From NCBI RefSeq assembly GCF_048593235.1, contig NC_133618.1:58624478-58688477 (forward strand): a DNA stretch of 64,000 bases, read 5' to 3'. Below the pieces are notes generated by a model. The model saw nothing but the letters and a program-made list of their open reading frames with translations, ran no database searches and had not been told where the DNA came from. This DNA is from Sminthopsis crassicaudata (lineage: Eukaryota). This document shows, in pieces, positions 42,001-55,549 of this stretch. The translations under genes and the position numbers were made by a program. Position 1 is the stretch's first letter. Every line of letters begins with the position of its first letter.

Positions 42001-43475
42001 GGGGAAATCAGAATCTGCACCCAGACTGTGCTTGGTTCCCTTGGGATCCAGCCCCTGGGCCCACGGACTCATTTCTTCTGGACCTTTTTATTCTTATTCA
42101 GTTTGACCTTAAGTTTCCTAGAGAAAGGTTTTTAGAAGGTTTTTGTTTTATTTATTGTTTAATTCTAGTAAAAAGTCTTATCTCAATCCAACCACCCATG
42201 TGCCCAAAGGCCAATGAGATTGGCAAAGCTCTTTCCTCAGGATAACCCAATGAGAGAGGCAACTGCATTAAATAAAAGGACTTTGTCCATACTTGGGCTG
42301 GGCTGGGCTGGGCCACTGCCATTAAGAGACTGAGCTTGGGGGGCGAAGCGAGATGGGGAATCATCTACCTCATCTTCCTGAAGAGAGCAAAGGAATGAGA
42401 CTTGGGAGAAAGAGCAAAGGAGGAAATGGGAGATGCCAGGGAGAATGGGGGGGTAGGTGGATGGGGGAGGGGGGCAGGATGCTTGGAAAGGCTGATCGAA
42501 TCCCAACTCGGGGATTCCCTCACTCCTCTGTCCCCCTTACTCAGTTTTCTGCTCTGTTCATACCCTTTTCACTTCCCCTGTTCCCTTCAATTCTCTCACT
42601 GTGCCCCTTTGCCATCTTTACCTCTATCTCCCTCACCTCTATGTCCATTCAGTTCCTCGTCTCTTCTTTCATCTTAGTCCCTTCACCCTCTCCTATCTTG
42701 TCCCCCACCATCTCCACTCACCTTCTTCCTTCTTCTTTCTATGAACTCTCATTGACTGCCTATTCTCTATTCTCTCAGTCCCTTCATTTCCTTTTCTTAG
42801 TTTCTTTCTTTCCTTTCTTTCTTTTTTCCCCCCTGAGGCAACTGAGGTTAAGTGACTTGCCCAGGGACACACAGCCAGGAAGTGTTAAATGCTTGAGGCC
42901 ACATTTGAGCTCAGGTCCTCCTGACTTAAGGGCTGGTGCTCTATCCACTGCATTATTTTTATTTTTATTTTCTTTTATTTCTTTTGTTCCTATAAACTGA
43001 ACGGCTCACTCTCCTCCTCCCTAATTCTTCTTTTCCACCTCTGGCTGTCTCTCTGCCATCTCCCAGCTGGAGGAAGGCCAGCAGCTAATAGTGGAGGCTG
43101 TGACTGCTGGGATCCTGGATGACCTGGGCTCAGGAAGCAACGTGGATATGTGTGTGATCACCCAAGCTGGAGCCAAGATCCAGAGGGCAGTGAGCACCCC
43201 AGCTGTCATCTCTAAGAGGTGAGGAGCTGGATGGCAGGTGGAGGTGGGGAGGAATGTGTGGTGATGGGAGGACACAAGGGAAAGGGAGATATGGGGGAGA
43301 AGAATATGGGGAGGGCAGGAAGGATATAACCACAAAGGGTATGGCCCATCCCCTACTCTTCAGACAGGGCAAGTATCGCTACCCAGAGGGAACTACAGCA
43401 GTGATGAGGGAGACCGTGACACCTCTGGCACTGGAGATGATTGAGGAGACTGTGCAGACAATGGAGGTGGAGTGA
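39007..43475 (+). CDS. PSMB10: Immunoproteasome subunit beta-2i (MECL-1), complete spliced CDS (8 exons, 273 aa)
   Basis: Exons sum to 822 nt in frame. Propeptide ends RKTG|TTIAG with catalytic Thr1 at 39454-39456. Asp17, Lys33, Gly45, Glu53 and the GSG motif are intact. C-terminus [10 protein letters not shown]. Syntenic between LCAT and CTRL. Confidence 0.96.
39393..39480 (+). CDS. PSMB10: PSMB10 exon 2
   Basis: cag| [29 protein letters not shown] |gtgagg, 88 nt. Confidence 0.95.
39609..39706 (+). CDS. PSMB10: PSMB10 exon 3
   Basis: tag| [33 protein letters not shown] |gtgagt, 98 nt. Confidence 0.95.
40043..40183 (+). CDS. PSMB10: PSMB10 exon 4
   Basis: cag| [47 protein letters not shown] |gtacaa (weak donor), 141 nt. 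Confidence 0.9.
40350..40465 (+). CDS. PSMB10: PSMB10 exon 5
   Basis: cag| [38 protein letters not shown] |gtgagt, 116 nt. Confidence 0.95.
41208..41266 (+). CDS. PSMB10: PSMB10 exon 6
   Basis: aag| [20 protein letters not shown] |gtgaga, 59 nt. Confidence 0.93.
42821..42951 (-). mobile_element. WSINE1-type SINE (5'-truncated) in PSMB10 intron 6
   Basis: ctgaggcaactgaggttaagtgacttgcccaggg ... ctatccactgc. Confidence 0.85.
43067..43218 (+). CDS. PSMB10: PSMB10 exon 7
   Basis: cag| [51 protein letters not shown] |gtgagg, 152 nt. Confidence 0.93.
43364..43475 (+). CDS. PSMB10: PSMB10 exon 8 (stop)
   Basis: cag| [39 protein letters not shown]. Confidence 0.93.
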
Positions 43476-43520
43476 GTGAGCCCTAATGGTCATGGGGCCC
43501 CATCCAGGAAACTTCCAGAA

Positions 43521-43526
43521 AATAAA
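43521..43526 (+). terminator. PSMB10 polyadenylation signal
   Basis: AATAAA 45 nt after the stop. Confidence 0.8.
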
Positions 43527-43800
43527 AGTTTTTGAAATGAACTTGAGTTCCAAGAATTTCTAGACCATGTATCCCCTCATGGCGGGGGTAAAAAGGGGTA
43601 AAAAGGCAATGCCAAATACATGTAGGTGTTTAATAAATAACTTGATTAACTGACCCTAGTGTGACTGAAGCCTAGGACCTTCTCCCCAAGATTTCCTCTA
43701 ACAAGTGGGCATCCCAAGGCTGCGGCCACCACATGGAACCTTCCAAGCTCTGAGGGCACTTCTGGCTCTGGGCTGAGGAGCCCTTCTGCCCTGGTCATCC

Positions 43801-43960
43801 NNNNNNNNNNNNNNNNNNNNNNNNNNNNNNNNNNNNNNNNNNNNNNNNNNNNNNNNNNNNNNNNNNNNNNNNNNNNNNNNNNNNNNNNNNNNNNNNNNNN
43901 NNNNNNNNNNNNNNNNNNNNNNNNNNNNNNNNNNNNNNNNNNNNNNNNNNNNNNNNNNNN
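43801..43960. other. Assembly gap (160 N)
   Basis: Run of N. Confidence 1.
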
Positions 43961-44469
43961 CTTCCATCAATCTATGATTTCTCTCAGGTGGGAGCTACAT
44001 TAGTTGACCTTTAATGTTCTCTCTCATTCTGATGCAGTAACTTTATATTTAGTCACAGAGATTCCTCCCCAAATACAAGCTGCTTTGAAGATGCTTTCAC
44101 ACCCCTGCACATCCCTTTCTATGACTAATGTTTACAGGCATTCTACTTTTTTCCTTGACCCCACTCATCATCCTGGACAGTCACCGGAAGCCTAAGTGAG
44201 GCTTAACTTTGACCCTCATGCTTCTCTCCCCATCTAGTCCTGGCCCAGCTTCCATCTATAGCATATAGTGAAAAGAGTGCTGGTTCTGGAGTCCAGAGAC
44301 CCGAGATTTAATTCCAGCTTTGCTACTTTTGAGAGGCAATAGTGAGTAATGATGGACAGCTCATTTAGACCTGAGCCTAAAGCCCACCTCCAATTCAAAG
44401 AGATTTCATTCTAAACACGTGAAAAATAGTTGTAAATCCAAGATAAATAAATGAAAAGGCTCTTAGAAG

Positions 44470-46320
44470 ATTAGCAGGGGTTCTACAGGAGACTCTTTTT
44501 GCAGAAGGTAGAATGTGAGCTGAGTTTTGAAGGAAGTAGGAAGAAGAGTGAGGAGAGGGTGCATTCTAAAAATGAAGAGGCAGGGGAAACAGATGATGTG
44601 TTTTTCTCAAACTCCTGGAGATGAAGGGTCATATTTGAAAAACAGCAAGAAAAAGATGAGTGGAAAGATAGGAAACAGACAGACTGTGAAGAGCTTTGAA
44701 TACCAAACAGAGGGCTTTCTATTTGATATTGGAGGTAATAGGAAGCGACTGGAGTTTAACGACACCCTGTTGGGCAACATGGTCCGATTGTGCTTTAGGA
44801 AAGTCATTTTGATAGTGAATGAAAGATGGATCCAAATGGAGAGGGATTTAAGGCAGGGAGATCAGCCAAGGCTATTTCAATAGTCCAGGCAAGAAGTAAT
44901 GAGGGCCTGCACCAGGGCAGAAGCTCTGTGATTAGAGAAAAGAGGGTGGATATCAGAGATACAGAGAAGGTAGAAATAAGACTTGGCAACGGATAGGATA
45001 CATGGGGTGGGTATGTTTGATTAGTTGAGGATAACCCACTCGTTGTCAGCCTGGGTGACTGCGAGGATGGTGCTGTCCTCAACAGTAATAGAAAGTTGGG
45101 AAGAAGGGAGAATTTGGGGGAAAAATAATAAATTCTGTTTTGGACACATCGAGTTTGAGCTGTTTCTGGGACACTCAGTTAAAAGGCAGTTAGAGATGTG
45201 TGACTGGAAGGCAAGAAAAATTAGGGATGGATATTATAGATATGAGAATCATCAGCACAGAACTGACCCACTCTATTTGCAGGAGGGAGAGACAGAGAGT
45301 AGGATGAGAGAATGGGAAATCTGCCGAAGAAAACAGGACCACTTGTACATCTAAAGGGTTTGCTCTGGCAAGGGGAAGGGTCACTTCTATATATGAGACA
45401 GCAGTGAAAGAGAAAATATAAAGGAAGATTTCTAAGTGATATGAGAGGAACTTGAAAGAGAGGGAGCTCTCAGCAAATAGTTTCAATTTTTTCACTTGCC
45501 TCTGAGATAAGATTCTAGGCTGAGAGAGTGGAGAGAAGGGGACTCGAGCAGAGATGAAAAGGCTTGGGAGAGCCATTGTGGTGAGTGGGAGAGTGAACCC
45601 AAAGGATTGTCTGGACACAATACAGGCCCAGTGGAGATAATGCATATACTCAGTGGAGTGAGTATATGCATTATCCCTTGACTTCTTCCACCTCCATTCA
45701 GCAGCATGTGAATAGCAGCAAAGGCAGTGGAGAATGGGAATAATACAAGTAATACTGGACTCGTGCTTGGCAAGGGAGGAGCAGAAATGGGGTGAAATGA
45801 CAGGTTTCAAGATTAAAGAACAATTATAGACATGACCTGATTCACTGAGGGGTAGAGATAAGAAAGAGAAAAGAACACAGTCAGTGCAGAGGTGATGGCC
45901 TGGGCAAGAACTGAGGGGAGGAGGCAACTGGTGAGTAAATCACAGTAAACAGAATAAGGGAGCATAAGGCAGAAGGATGGAATGGAAAAAAAATATGATT
46001 ATGGAAGTGAAATACTATGGGTGATGGTAAGACCAAAAGTATAATAGTTCTGAAGTGGAGTCGGGGAGGAGATCATGGGAATTAGATTAAAGAATTAGGA
46101 AGCTGGGGCACTTGAAAGTGTCAGTGTGTATATTGAAGCCTAATTTAAGGAGTAGAATAGGAGTGAAGAGAAAGACTGAACCAGTAAGAAAAAAAAAAAA
46201 AAAAGAATGTCATGGGAGGGAGTAGTGGTCAACAGATGTCAGCTACCTGAATCTTAATTGTGACAACATGGGATTAGATGATGCTCAAAGAAGGATATTG
46301 TGAGACTTCAACCTTCACTT
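44470..46320 (-). mobile_element. L2 ORF2/3' relic
   Basis: Purine-rich antisense L2 pattern; the minus-strand translation includes AAEWRWKKSR, resembling the L2 AAER-W-RKSR motif; boundaries approximate. Confidence 0.7.
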
Positions 46321-47419
46321 AAACTCCTGGATATTTCGGCGATCCTCTACAAGTATACATTTTAGAGAAGGCGTCCATCTGCTTTGGAAGAGAGTTTCCT
46401 CATCTGAGCTCCCTAGACAAATGAAATCACAGTTCCAGTTTCCATTCCCATCTATTATTTACTTCTTTTGTGACTCATCTTTCAGAGGCTGCAAAATGGT
46501 GAGAATAGCACCATAAATGCCCCTGATTCCTCTTACAGACATAAATGCCCAGGTAGGAGGTATTTTTGCAAGAGTTCCATCCCTCTGAGGAGCCAAGGGA
46601 GCCACTTCAAGTTCCCATAAAGAGAAACAAAATTGTGAGTTACAGAAAGTGGATTCCTCATTTTTTCTCCTCTGGTCCCTCATACAGATATCTTGCTTCC
46701 CACATGGGGAATTGTGGTTGCCGGTAGCTGACTTTGGAATAGGGCTTGCTGTCACCATGAGATAAGCAGCAGCTATGGGTATGTGTCAATGGTGGTCATA
46801 GGCTGCCTTAGTCTGAGCCATTATCTGCCTCCACCAGAGAACCTGCCTGGCCATGGGCAGATAAAGATCATTTTTGCTCTGTTCCTATTACATGAGCACA
46901 GAATATTGACTCCCAGGGTCCTATAAATGTGGGGGTCCTTCAACAGAGAGAAGAAATTCCAGACATGGGGTGAGGGCAGAACCATAAATTATTATTTTAA
47001 GTATCTTTGAGGAGTATTTCACATCATTCTCTGGGTAAATTCAAAAGACAGTCACCTTTAGTTTTCAAACTAACCTTTGGCTACCAGTACCAGCTTTAGG
47101 GCTGAGGTGCAGACTGAGAGACTGAAAAGTCCACTTGGCTAGCAATTTGATTACAGTGCTCCCTGGTGGACAATACTTTCTCTTGAATAATTAATTATAG
47201 AGTAACATACTGCCTTCCTATAGAGGCTTGAAGGTGACCCATGAGCTGATTTGGGGTGCTTATGCTATCTCAATGCTCTAAGTCTCACAGTGCATGCACC
47301 AAGGGTTACACCTGTGATCCTAATTAACCTATACAAGCGCCATCCCTCCTTGAATATAACCTGTCCAGCCAAGCTGCAAGCAAAGACTGCCTTTCTTTTT
47401 CTGTTTCAAGACTCATCCT

Positions 47420-48140
47420 CATCCAACCATTCCAAAGAGCAATTTGGAACCATTCCCAAAGGGCTATAAAATCACGCATACCCTTCGACCCAGCAATACC
47501 TCTACTAGGAATCCCAAAGAGATCATAAAAAATGAGAAAGGACCCACATGTACAAAAATATTATAGCAGCTCTCTTTAAGGTGGCAAAGAACTGGAAATC
47601 GAGAGGATGCCCATCAATTGGGGAATGGTTGTACAAATGATGGTATAGAAATGGAATGGAATACTATTATTCTGTAAGAACTGATGAGCAGGAAGATTTC
47701 AGAAAAGCCTAGACTGATGCTGAGTGAAGGGAGCAGAACCAGGAGAACATTGTACACAGAAACAGCAACACTGTGCAGAAGATCAACTCTAATAGATCTT
47801 GCTCTTCTCAGCAATACAATATCTAAAACAACTCTAAAAGTCTCATGATGGAAAATGCTTTCCACATCCAGAAAAAGAACTATAGAGTCAGAATGCAGAT
47901 TAAAACATGCTATTTTCACTTTTGTTTGTTTATTTTTCTTACTCACAATTTTTCCCTTTTGTTCTGATTATTCTTTCACAACATGACTAATGTGGAAATA
48001 TGTTTAACATGATTGCACATGTATGACCTATATCATATTCATTGCCATCTTAGGGAGGGGGGAGGAGAGGGAGATAGAAAAAATAGAAATCAAAATCTTT
48101 TAAAAGCAAATGTCAAAAAACTAATAAATTTTAAAAGAAA
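47420..48140 (+). mobile_element. L1 3' end
   Basis: tccaaccatt...gagcaatttggaac...cccagcaatacc...3' UTR and A-rich tail. Confidence 0.85.
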
Positions 48141-49942
48141 AAGACTCACTTAGCTTCTTGTGAGACCTTGTACAGTCCAAAGCCATTCATTCTGCCTTGA
48201 GTCTTAGCTTATTGGTAGAGCCAAATTGAAGGACACACCCTGTATCCAAAGATCATTCATATTTCCCTTAGGTCTGGTTTTAGACAGCATCTATTTTCTC
48301 AGATTCTGGGTGCCAGAATAAGTTCTGATACCCCGCCCCCCCCGGGATGGGTGCTTTTCAGGATAGCACTTTGTAATTTGAGTATACTACAAACATTTTA
48401 CACTTTCAGTCACAGACTCTAGATACCAATTCATCCCAGGGGAAATCCCAGAAGGAACTCACAGAAGATAGGGGAAAGCACAAAATTACCTGTGACTATA
48501 TTTCTCTTTTGATGGATGAGGCAGTAAGGACTTTCCATTCCCAACTGTGACTTTTATCCTACTAAGAGAGTAATACTTGTGTGTAATAAGCAATTATTAA
48601 GTGCTACTATTTGTCATTATGGGAATAACCTTTTTTTGGGGTCCTGGATCCTTATGACAGTCTGCTGAAGCTTATGAATTCCTTCTCCGAATCACATTTT
48701 TAAATGCATAAAATAAAATACATAAGATTAACAAAGGAAAACAATTCAAATGAAATGCAAATGTCCAGATATTTAAAAAACCAAATTCAAGGACCCCAGT
48801 TGAAGAACCCCAGTGAGATGATGCAAATGAGGAGGCATTGAAATGGTTGTGAGGCAAGTGCTTAGCAAATCTTTCAGGACTTCGAAAATATGAGTTTCTC
48901 CAAAATGCACCAATTTAAGCACCTCCTGTTACTTCCTGCCCTCCCCTATTACCCCACATGATTTATGGAAATAATTCAAAATGTGACTTTGCACCTATCA
49001 AAGAGAAGTCTGAAAGAAATAGATAAATATGAAATGAGGGCTACTTTCTCAGTCACCTCAGGTTTCACGTGAATGCCTTTCATAGTAGCCCCCATGCATA
49101 TCAGGCTCACTATGTACATCTCCCACTTGTTATCCAGAAGCAGAACTTTGCCCTAAAATCTACTTAGGGCATCTCCCTCCTCCTTTGTCCTTCTACCTCC
49201 TGCTGCTACAATTCAAGAACACTGATCCCTGGGCAGCCTCAGGAAGTAGAAGCAGCTCTGTCACTGTTTACAGGCCCAATCTTCAGGCAGGTCTATCAGG
49301 GAAGTCTCAGCAATGATCCCAAGTGGGCTCCAGAATTAGGGAAGGGAGCTTACATCTTGGTTTGAGTTTCTGAGAATCTGGAACCAAACTTCAACCTATT
49401 TGGGGTCAGAGCACCTGACTTCTACCACTTACTTACTCTGCTTGTCATTTAGCATCATCTCTGGGCAATACTTCATCTGTGAAATAAGGAGGTTGGATTA
49501 GATTGTAATAACAGCTAACATTTCTATAGCATTTATTATGTGCCAGGTACTATGCTAAGCACTTTACAATGAACTCATTTCATCCTTACAACAATCCCGG
49601 GGGTAGGCGCTATTATAATCCTCATTTTAATGATCTTTTTCAGAAAGAAATCCATGTCCTGCCCTCTGCCCACCTCCCATTCTAGTAGCCTAGAAAGATT
49701 TAGCTCTTCATCCTTTTCCTGTGTCTCCTGCCAAAGACAGGCAGCCTTGGGAAGTCTCCCCCAAACATCAAATTCAGGAACAAAACCTAAAACACACACT
49801 ATCTATATGCACTCTGACCCTGGGCTGACTGCCCTCTCTGAGTGTGTCCCGATTTGAAGGGAGGGAGAAAGAACACATATAAACTGACCCCTAAAGACCT
49901 CTTCTACCTTCCTGCATTCTGCCTGTATTACCTACCATTAAC

Positions 49943-50099
49943 TTTTGTTTTGTTTTGTTTTGCTGAGGCAATTGGGGTTTAAGTGACTTGCCCAAGGTCA
50001 CACAGCTAGTAAGTAATTAAGTATCTGAGGACAAATTTGAACTCAGGTCCTCTTGACTTCAGGGCTGGTGCTCTATCCACTGCACCACCTAATTGCCCC
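49943..50099 (-). mobile_element. WSINE1-type SINE with (TTTTG)n tail
   Basis: Full-length near-consensus copy. Confidence 0.88.
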
Positions 50100-51479
50100 T
50101 CTTCGGAACTTCTAAGACCTGTCTTTTTTAAAATCCTGGAAGGGACTATCAAAACTTTGAGGCATTATTACCCATTAACAAACCCCTTAGGGATTATTGT
50201 TAGCAGGTTAATTTTTGCCACTCAGCTTTGTTGGGTCTGGGAAATTGGGTCAGTGAGAAGAAACCCAGATTTGGCCTTCTCTTTATGTCCAGATTGAGAA
50301 GTGACTAAAAAGGAGAAAAATAACTTCTCCAAGGTCCTTCCTCTTTTTTGGTAAAAAATTAAATGCCATCTAAGTGAGGAACAATTTGAATCATCTTAAA
50401 AGGCTCATCCCATGAAGCATGTCCCTAGTGGTTATGGTTCACTCCGGGGGAGCTTTTGTACCCCGCCCCTGGATGACCCAAACCTGAAAGGATCCAGTGG
50501 TTGCTAGCCCCAGAACCTGGCTGTAGCTGACTGCCTATCCTTGCTCACATGGCCTTTCTTTGTCTGCTCTGTTCTGGATGCCCTGAGTGATGGCCAATTT
50601 TGCAAAGTCTTCCCAGCTTACCTGGGCACTGCTCAGGCTAGGCCCACAGCGGGGCTCAGCTATCAAACACCCCTTCTCTTTTACCAGGCTGGTCATCCTT
50701 CCTGCCAGGTGCACAGAGCACTTAGGATCTGTTTTGCTCCTCACTTTCCTGCGCGCCCATTTACTGTAATGAAAGTTTCAGAAGGAGGCTGGGCCCAGGG
50801 CCCAGATCCTGCCCAACATGCTAAGATCTTATTTGGAGACCCAGTGCCTTTTGGGTCCATGAGTTCCTGTGTCCAATGTGGGACCTCCAGGAGAAGGGGA
50901 TGGGATGGCTTATTGCTGATACAGTTTTCATCTTGTTGGATTCTGTTCCATGATCTTTGTGTGCTTATAATCTTGGTCTGGATTCTAAAACCATCACAAG
51001 AGGACTGGACCTTTTCAATGGGAATTCTGGCTCTGCTTCTTGATCTTGGGGAGACCACTTCCTAATGGGGCTTCCTAACGGAGCCTGGGGAAGTAGTGGG
51101 TTCCCCATCACTGGAAGCTTTCAAGTAGAAGCTGTCTGGCCACTAGTCAAGGCTGCTAATGAAGGGGTTCCCATTGGACTAAGATCCCTTCCACCTCTGA
51201 AATTCTGTGGGCCCAGTTTCTTCATCTCTGTGTAGCAGGGATGATCAAGGAGAGCCCTGATTTTCTGGATCAGCAGCAATGCCCAAGGAGCTCCTTACTA
51301 AGAGTAACACAAGGAAACTTCCAATTAGTTGTTCCTCAATGACAAGAGGTATTTAAGATGAGAACAGAGGAGAGACTCCAATGGTTTACAAGAGAATCTG
51401 AAGAAAAATAGAAGATAGCTGGAAGAGAAGATGAGACTTCCAGGATCATCCTATATTTGAAAGACTAAAAATAGCTAGT

Positions 51480-52640
51480 TGAGAAATTTACTTTAGTAGA
51501 CATAAGTAAATGTGAAACAATCTGTGGACATGTATAACCTATATCAGATTGTTTGTCTTCTTGGGGAGGGGTGAGAGGAGGAAAGGAGAGAAAAAAAATT
51601 GGAACTCAAAATCTTATAAAGGTGAATGTTGAAAACTATCTCCATATGTAAGTGGAAAAAATAAAATACTATTAAATTGAAAAAAAAAGTGAAATAATCT
51701 GTTGAGCATTCCTATAAAGATATCTTTGTTATTTTATGTTTTCTGAATTTATGTACCTACGAGTCTTTCTGCATTTCATACAGTTTCTGTGATAAAGAAA
51801 ATAAATGATTGTCCTATGCCTAATATCCATTTTGTACAATGAGTGTCATTTCTGCAAGGGACCCTGTTGCCACCAGTTGGGTATGTCTCTAGTCATGGGC
51901 CATATGCTACACTTGAATTTTTTATTATCCATTTAAAATTTTTCGGCTTCAAATTCTCTTACTCTCTCCAGCCCCCACCCCTATTAAATGAGAGGGCAAG
52001 AAATTTAATTCCCATTATACATGTGAAATCATACAAAACATTTTCATATTAATCATATTGTAAGAAAAACAAAGTGGAAAAAATATGCTTCAATATTCTC
52101 TGACTATGGATAGTTTTTTTATCATGCGGTCTTGGGAATTATCTTAAATCACTTGTCTTAATCAGAATAGCTAGATTTTTCATAATTGATCATTGTTAGA
52201 CTATTGCTGTTACTGTACACAATGATCTCCTGATTCTGCTCACTTCACCTTCCATCATCAGTTTATATAAGCCTTCTCAAGTTTTTTTTTGAAATCACCA
52301 TTCTTATCCTTTCTCAGCACAACCGTATTCCATTATAATCACATATTACGACTTGTTCAGCCATTGCCTAATTAATGAGCATCTCCTCAATTTCTAATTC
52401 CTTGACACCAGAAAAGAGCTGTTATGAATATTTTTGTATATCCGGATCCTTTTCTTTTGTCTTCAGCAATATTTCCAAATTGTTTTCCACAAAGATTGGA
52501 TCAGTTTATGCCTACTAACAGCGCATTATTGCCCCTATTTTCCCCTATTATCCTAACTGTCCCCGTTTATAATTTCCCTTTCCTGTCATGTTAGTCAACC
52601 TAAGCTTCACTTTAGCAAATTTCCTGGAATTGTTCCATGC
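51480..52640. mobile_element. L1 3' fragments in both orientations
   Basis: L1 3' UTR-like sequence with A tail (+, to about 51690) and antisense L1 3' sequence (about 51900-52640); approximate. Confidence 0.65.
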
Positions 52641-55079
52641 CCAGAGCTAGAGAAACCCTAGTCAGATTCTTCAGGACTGAACCCAGTATTGGTGAGCAGA
52701 GACACCTATCTTTGAATCAGCAAAATGAGAGAAACGGGGAAAGAAATCCCTTCTCCCTTTCTGGAAATCCAAAGAAGAGAAAACAATGGGAAAGAATCTC
52801 AAAAAAGGTTTGTTCTTCTTATAGGTTGGGTGGGGTTTGGCTCTTCCTGACACTTGGAAGTCACCAATGATTTTTGGTAGGGCCCTGTTTTGGGGATTAG
52901 TCTGGGACAATTCAGCAAAATGCATGTCCCTTAAGCAGGATCAACACCATGGGAAGTTCCTCAGTCCAGCCTAATTACCCTTTACTATATATAAAATGAG
53001 GCAGTTGGACCTAATGATCTTTAAGATCTAAATCTATGATATCTAAGATCCATCTCAGTTCCAAATCATATCTATGAATACCTAAGAATTCCCTCCCTCT
53101 TCCTATGACCTGAGGCATCCATATCCTTATGTCATCACATACAACCTGCCTCCTCTCTTTCCAACTGAAAAACTTTTCCATATTTTCCCCCCAACCATCC
53201 TACCCACTGCAGAACTATGGTGAGTGAGTATGTGGATGGGTGGGTGGGTGTGAGAACTCAGGCACAATGGAGCATCCCAAAGGAAACCTGAGATGTGCAA
53301 ATCTAAAACCATTTCCATCCCAAAGGTCCAAGAAAACTATCTGTGCCCAAGCTGTAGTCCAGCCTTCCAAGCTCATGCTGGACTGGACACACTGTATCTT
53401 GACCCCGACATGGAGATGTCATCAATCCTCTTCGAGTACAGAGGACAAACAACTGACTAGAAAGGAAGTACTTAAAGGAGATCCTTTACCTCCAAGTCTC
53501 AAATCCTTCAATATGCTGCAGTTAATCATTTTATCCTGACATCTCCTCTCCAGGAGGTTCACCACCAGGCTCATGGAGGAGCTACAATCTATAATGGAAA
53601 TGAAATCACAGATCTTTGAAATACTGAGGTCCAGGAGTCACATTCAGGAGACTGGGAGGCATTAGTCAGGTAAACTTCCGAATTCCAATGAAAGAAGGCT
53701 CTATAGATGACTAGGATCATTTGATGACTGGCTTAAAATCCTCCAGCTCTACCACACTCAATGGATCTCCTAAATCTGGGGAGTGTTAGCTCTCTGAGTT
53801 GGAAGTTAGGAGGAAGGTAGGTTCTATAGTGTCTTAAAGTTTGTAAAGAACTTTTCCTCAACTCTGGGCATAATTATTTTTACTCTGGTCATAATATTAT
53901 GTATTATTATTATTATCATTTAAGAGCTAAACAAATTAAACTTCAGAGAAGTTAAGTGACTGTGAAGGTCACACAATCAAAAAGTGACAGAATAAAGTTT
54001 TGATCTTGTCTTTTTAAAATTAATTTTTATGTATATCTTTTGTTTTTAACATTACCACTGTTTTCCCTTTCCATATCTCAGAAGGCCAGCTCATATGACA
54101 AATATTATTTTAAAAAAGAAAGAGAGACGGAGGGAGGGAGGGAAGTATAGCCGGAGGGAAGGATAGAGAGAGGGAGGAAGGGAGGGAGGGAGAAAATAAA
54201 GAAAAAGAAAGAAAGAGAAAGGAAAAAAGGAAGGAAAAGGAAACCAGAAAAAAATTCTACAAAACTAACAAATCAAAAATCTGAAAACATGCAACATCAC
54301 ACTGTGAACTTCCTGCTTCATTGAAGGAATGGGATAGGTATATATTCTCATTTCTCCTCTTAAGAGCCATGCCTGAACTTAGGCATTCTAAATCTAAATC
54401 CACTATTTTTCATCTAGGCCTAAATCCTCAATTTTCTTGTCACCTATGCATGTTTTTTTTCCCCCTACCTCAATAGAAGTCATTGTTCTTCCTTTCTGAT
54501 CAGTTTGGTTGCATACATACCGTTTTAAACAAGGTCGTTTTGTGGACTACTATTTAAGTGAGCTTTTGGATTTATGAAGAGAATGATTATTCACTGTGTG
54601 CCTGTGTGAGGGGCAGCAGAATGGACCAAGAGCTTTGGGAAAAAGAGATATTCTTCTTCATTCCTGTTTTGAAAAAGAGGCACTCACACATATAGTTCCA
54701 AACTCTCTTCAAGACCTACTCTGGAAAAAGAGAAAATATTTTAAAAGGCAAATATATAGAGGAAAGGCAGCATACATCAATATGTCCTTGAGTTCTAGCT
54801 TGCTCCACAGAGGCTTTGGGGAGTGTTTCGTGATCAAGATCTCTTTCTTGATTGAACTGAGATATATCATTCTCATTCATTCTATGACTTAATATATATT
54901 ATATATTCTGTGACTAATATATTCTAATATGTATAATTTCTCCAATTTCTATTTGCTCTTTGTGAGGATAAATGAGTTTATTCACTATTCACTATTTGGG
55001 ATGATCTTTTGTGTAACCAGTATTTGGTGGAAAGTAATCAAGTCCATGGATAAGTTTGGGTTATCCTTTCCCTTTAAAG

Positions 55080-55510
55080 GATTTTTTTAAAGTCTTTTTT
55101 TTAAAAAAGCAAAAACATTTCCATATAAATTATATTGTAAAAGAAAACATAGATTTTTCACCCCAATTTTTAAAAAAAGCCTTCAAGAAAAATAAAGTTT
55201 AAAAAAAGAGAGTATAGCTCACTCTGTAACCAGATACAATCAGTGCCTTCTCTGAGTATGGATAGGATTTTTCATTTTTAAGTCCTTCAGAGTAGTAGTG
55301 GATCATCGTACTGCTGAAAATAGCAGTCATTTACAGCTGGTCATCCCAGAACATTGCTATTTCTTTGTATATAGTACATTTCACTTTCCTTGAGTTCATG
55401 GAAGACTTTCCAGGTCTTTTTTCCATAGAATAATATTCCAAGACAATCATGCACCACAATTTATTCAGCCATTCTCCAATTTGGGGGGAACACCAATTTT
55501 TTAAAGGATT

Positions 55511-55549
<39 letters not shown>

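Noticed and set aside
45190-45927. 245-aa minus-strand ORF
   Set aside because: Degenerate L2 ORF2 relic, not a host gene.
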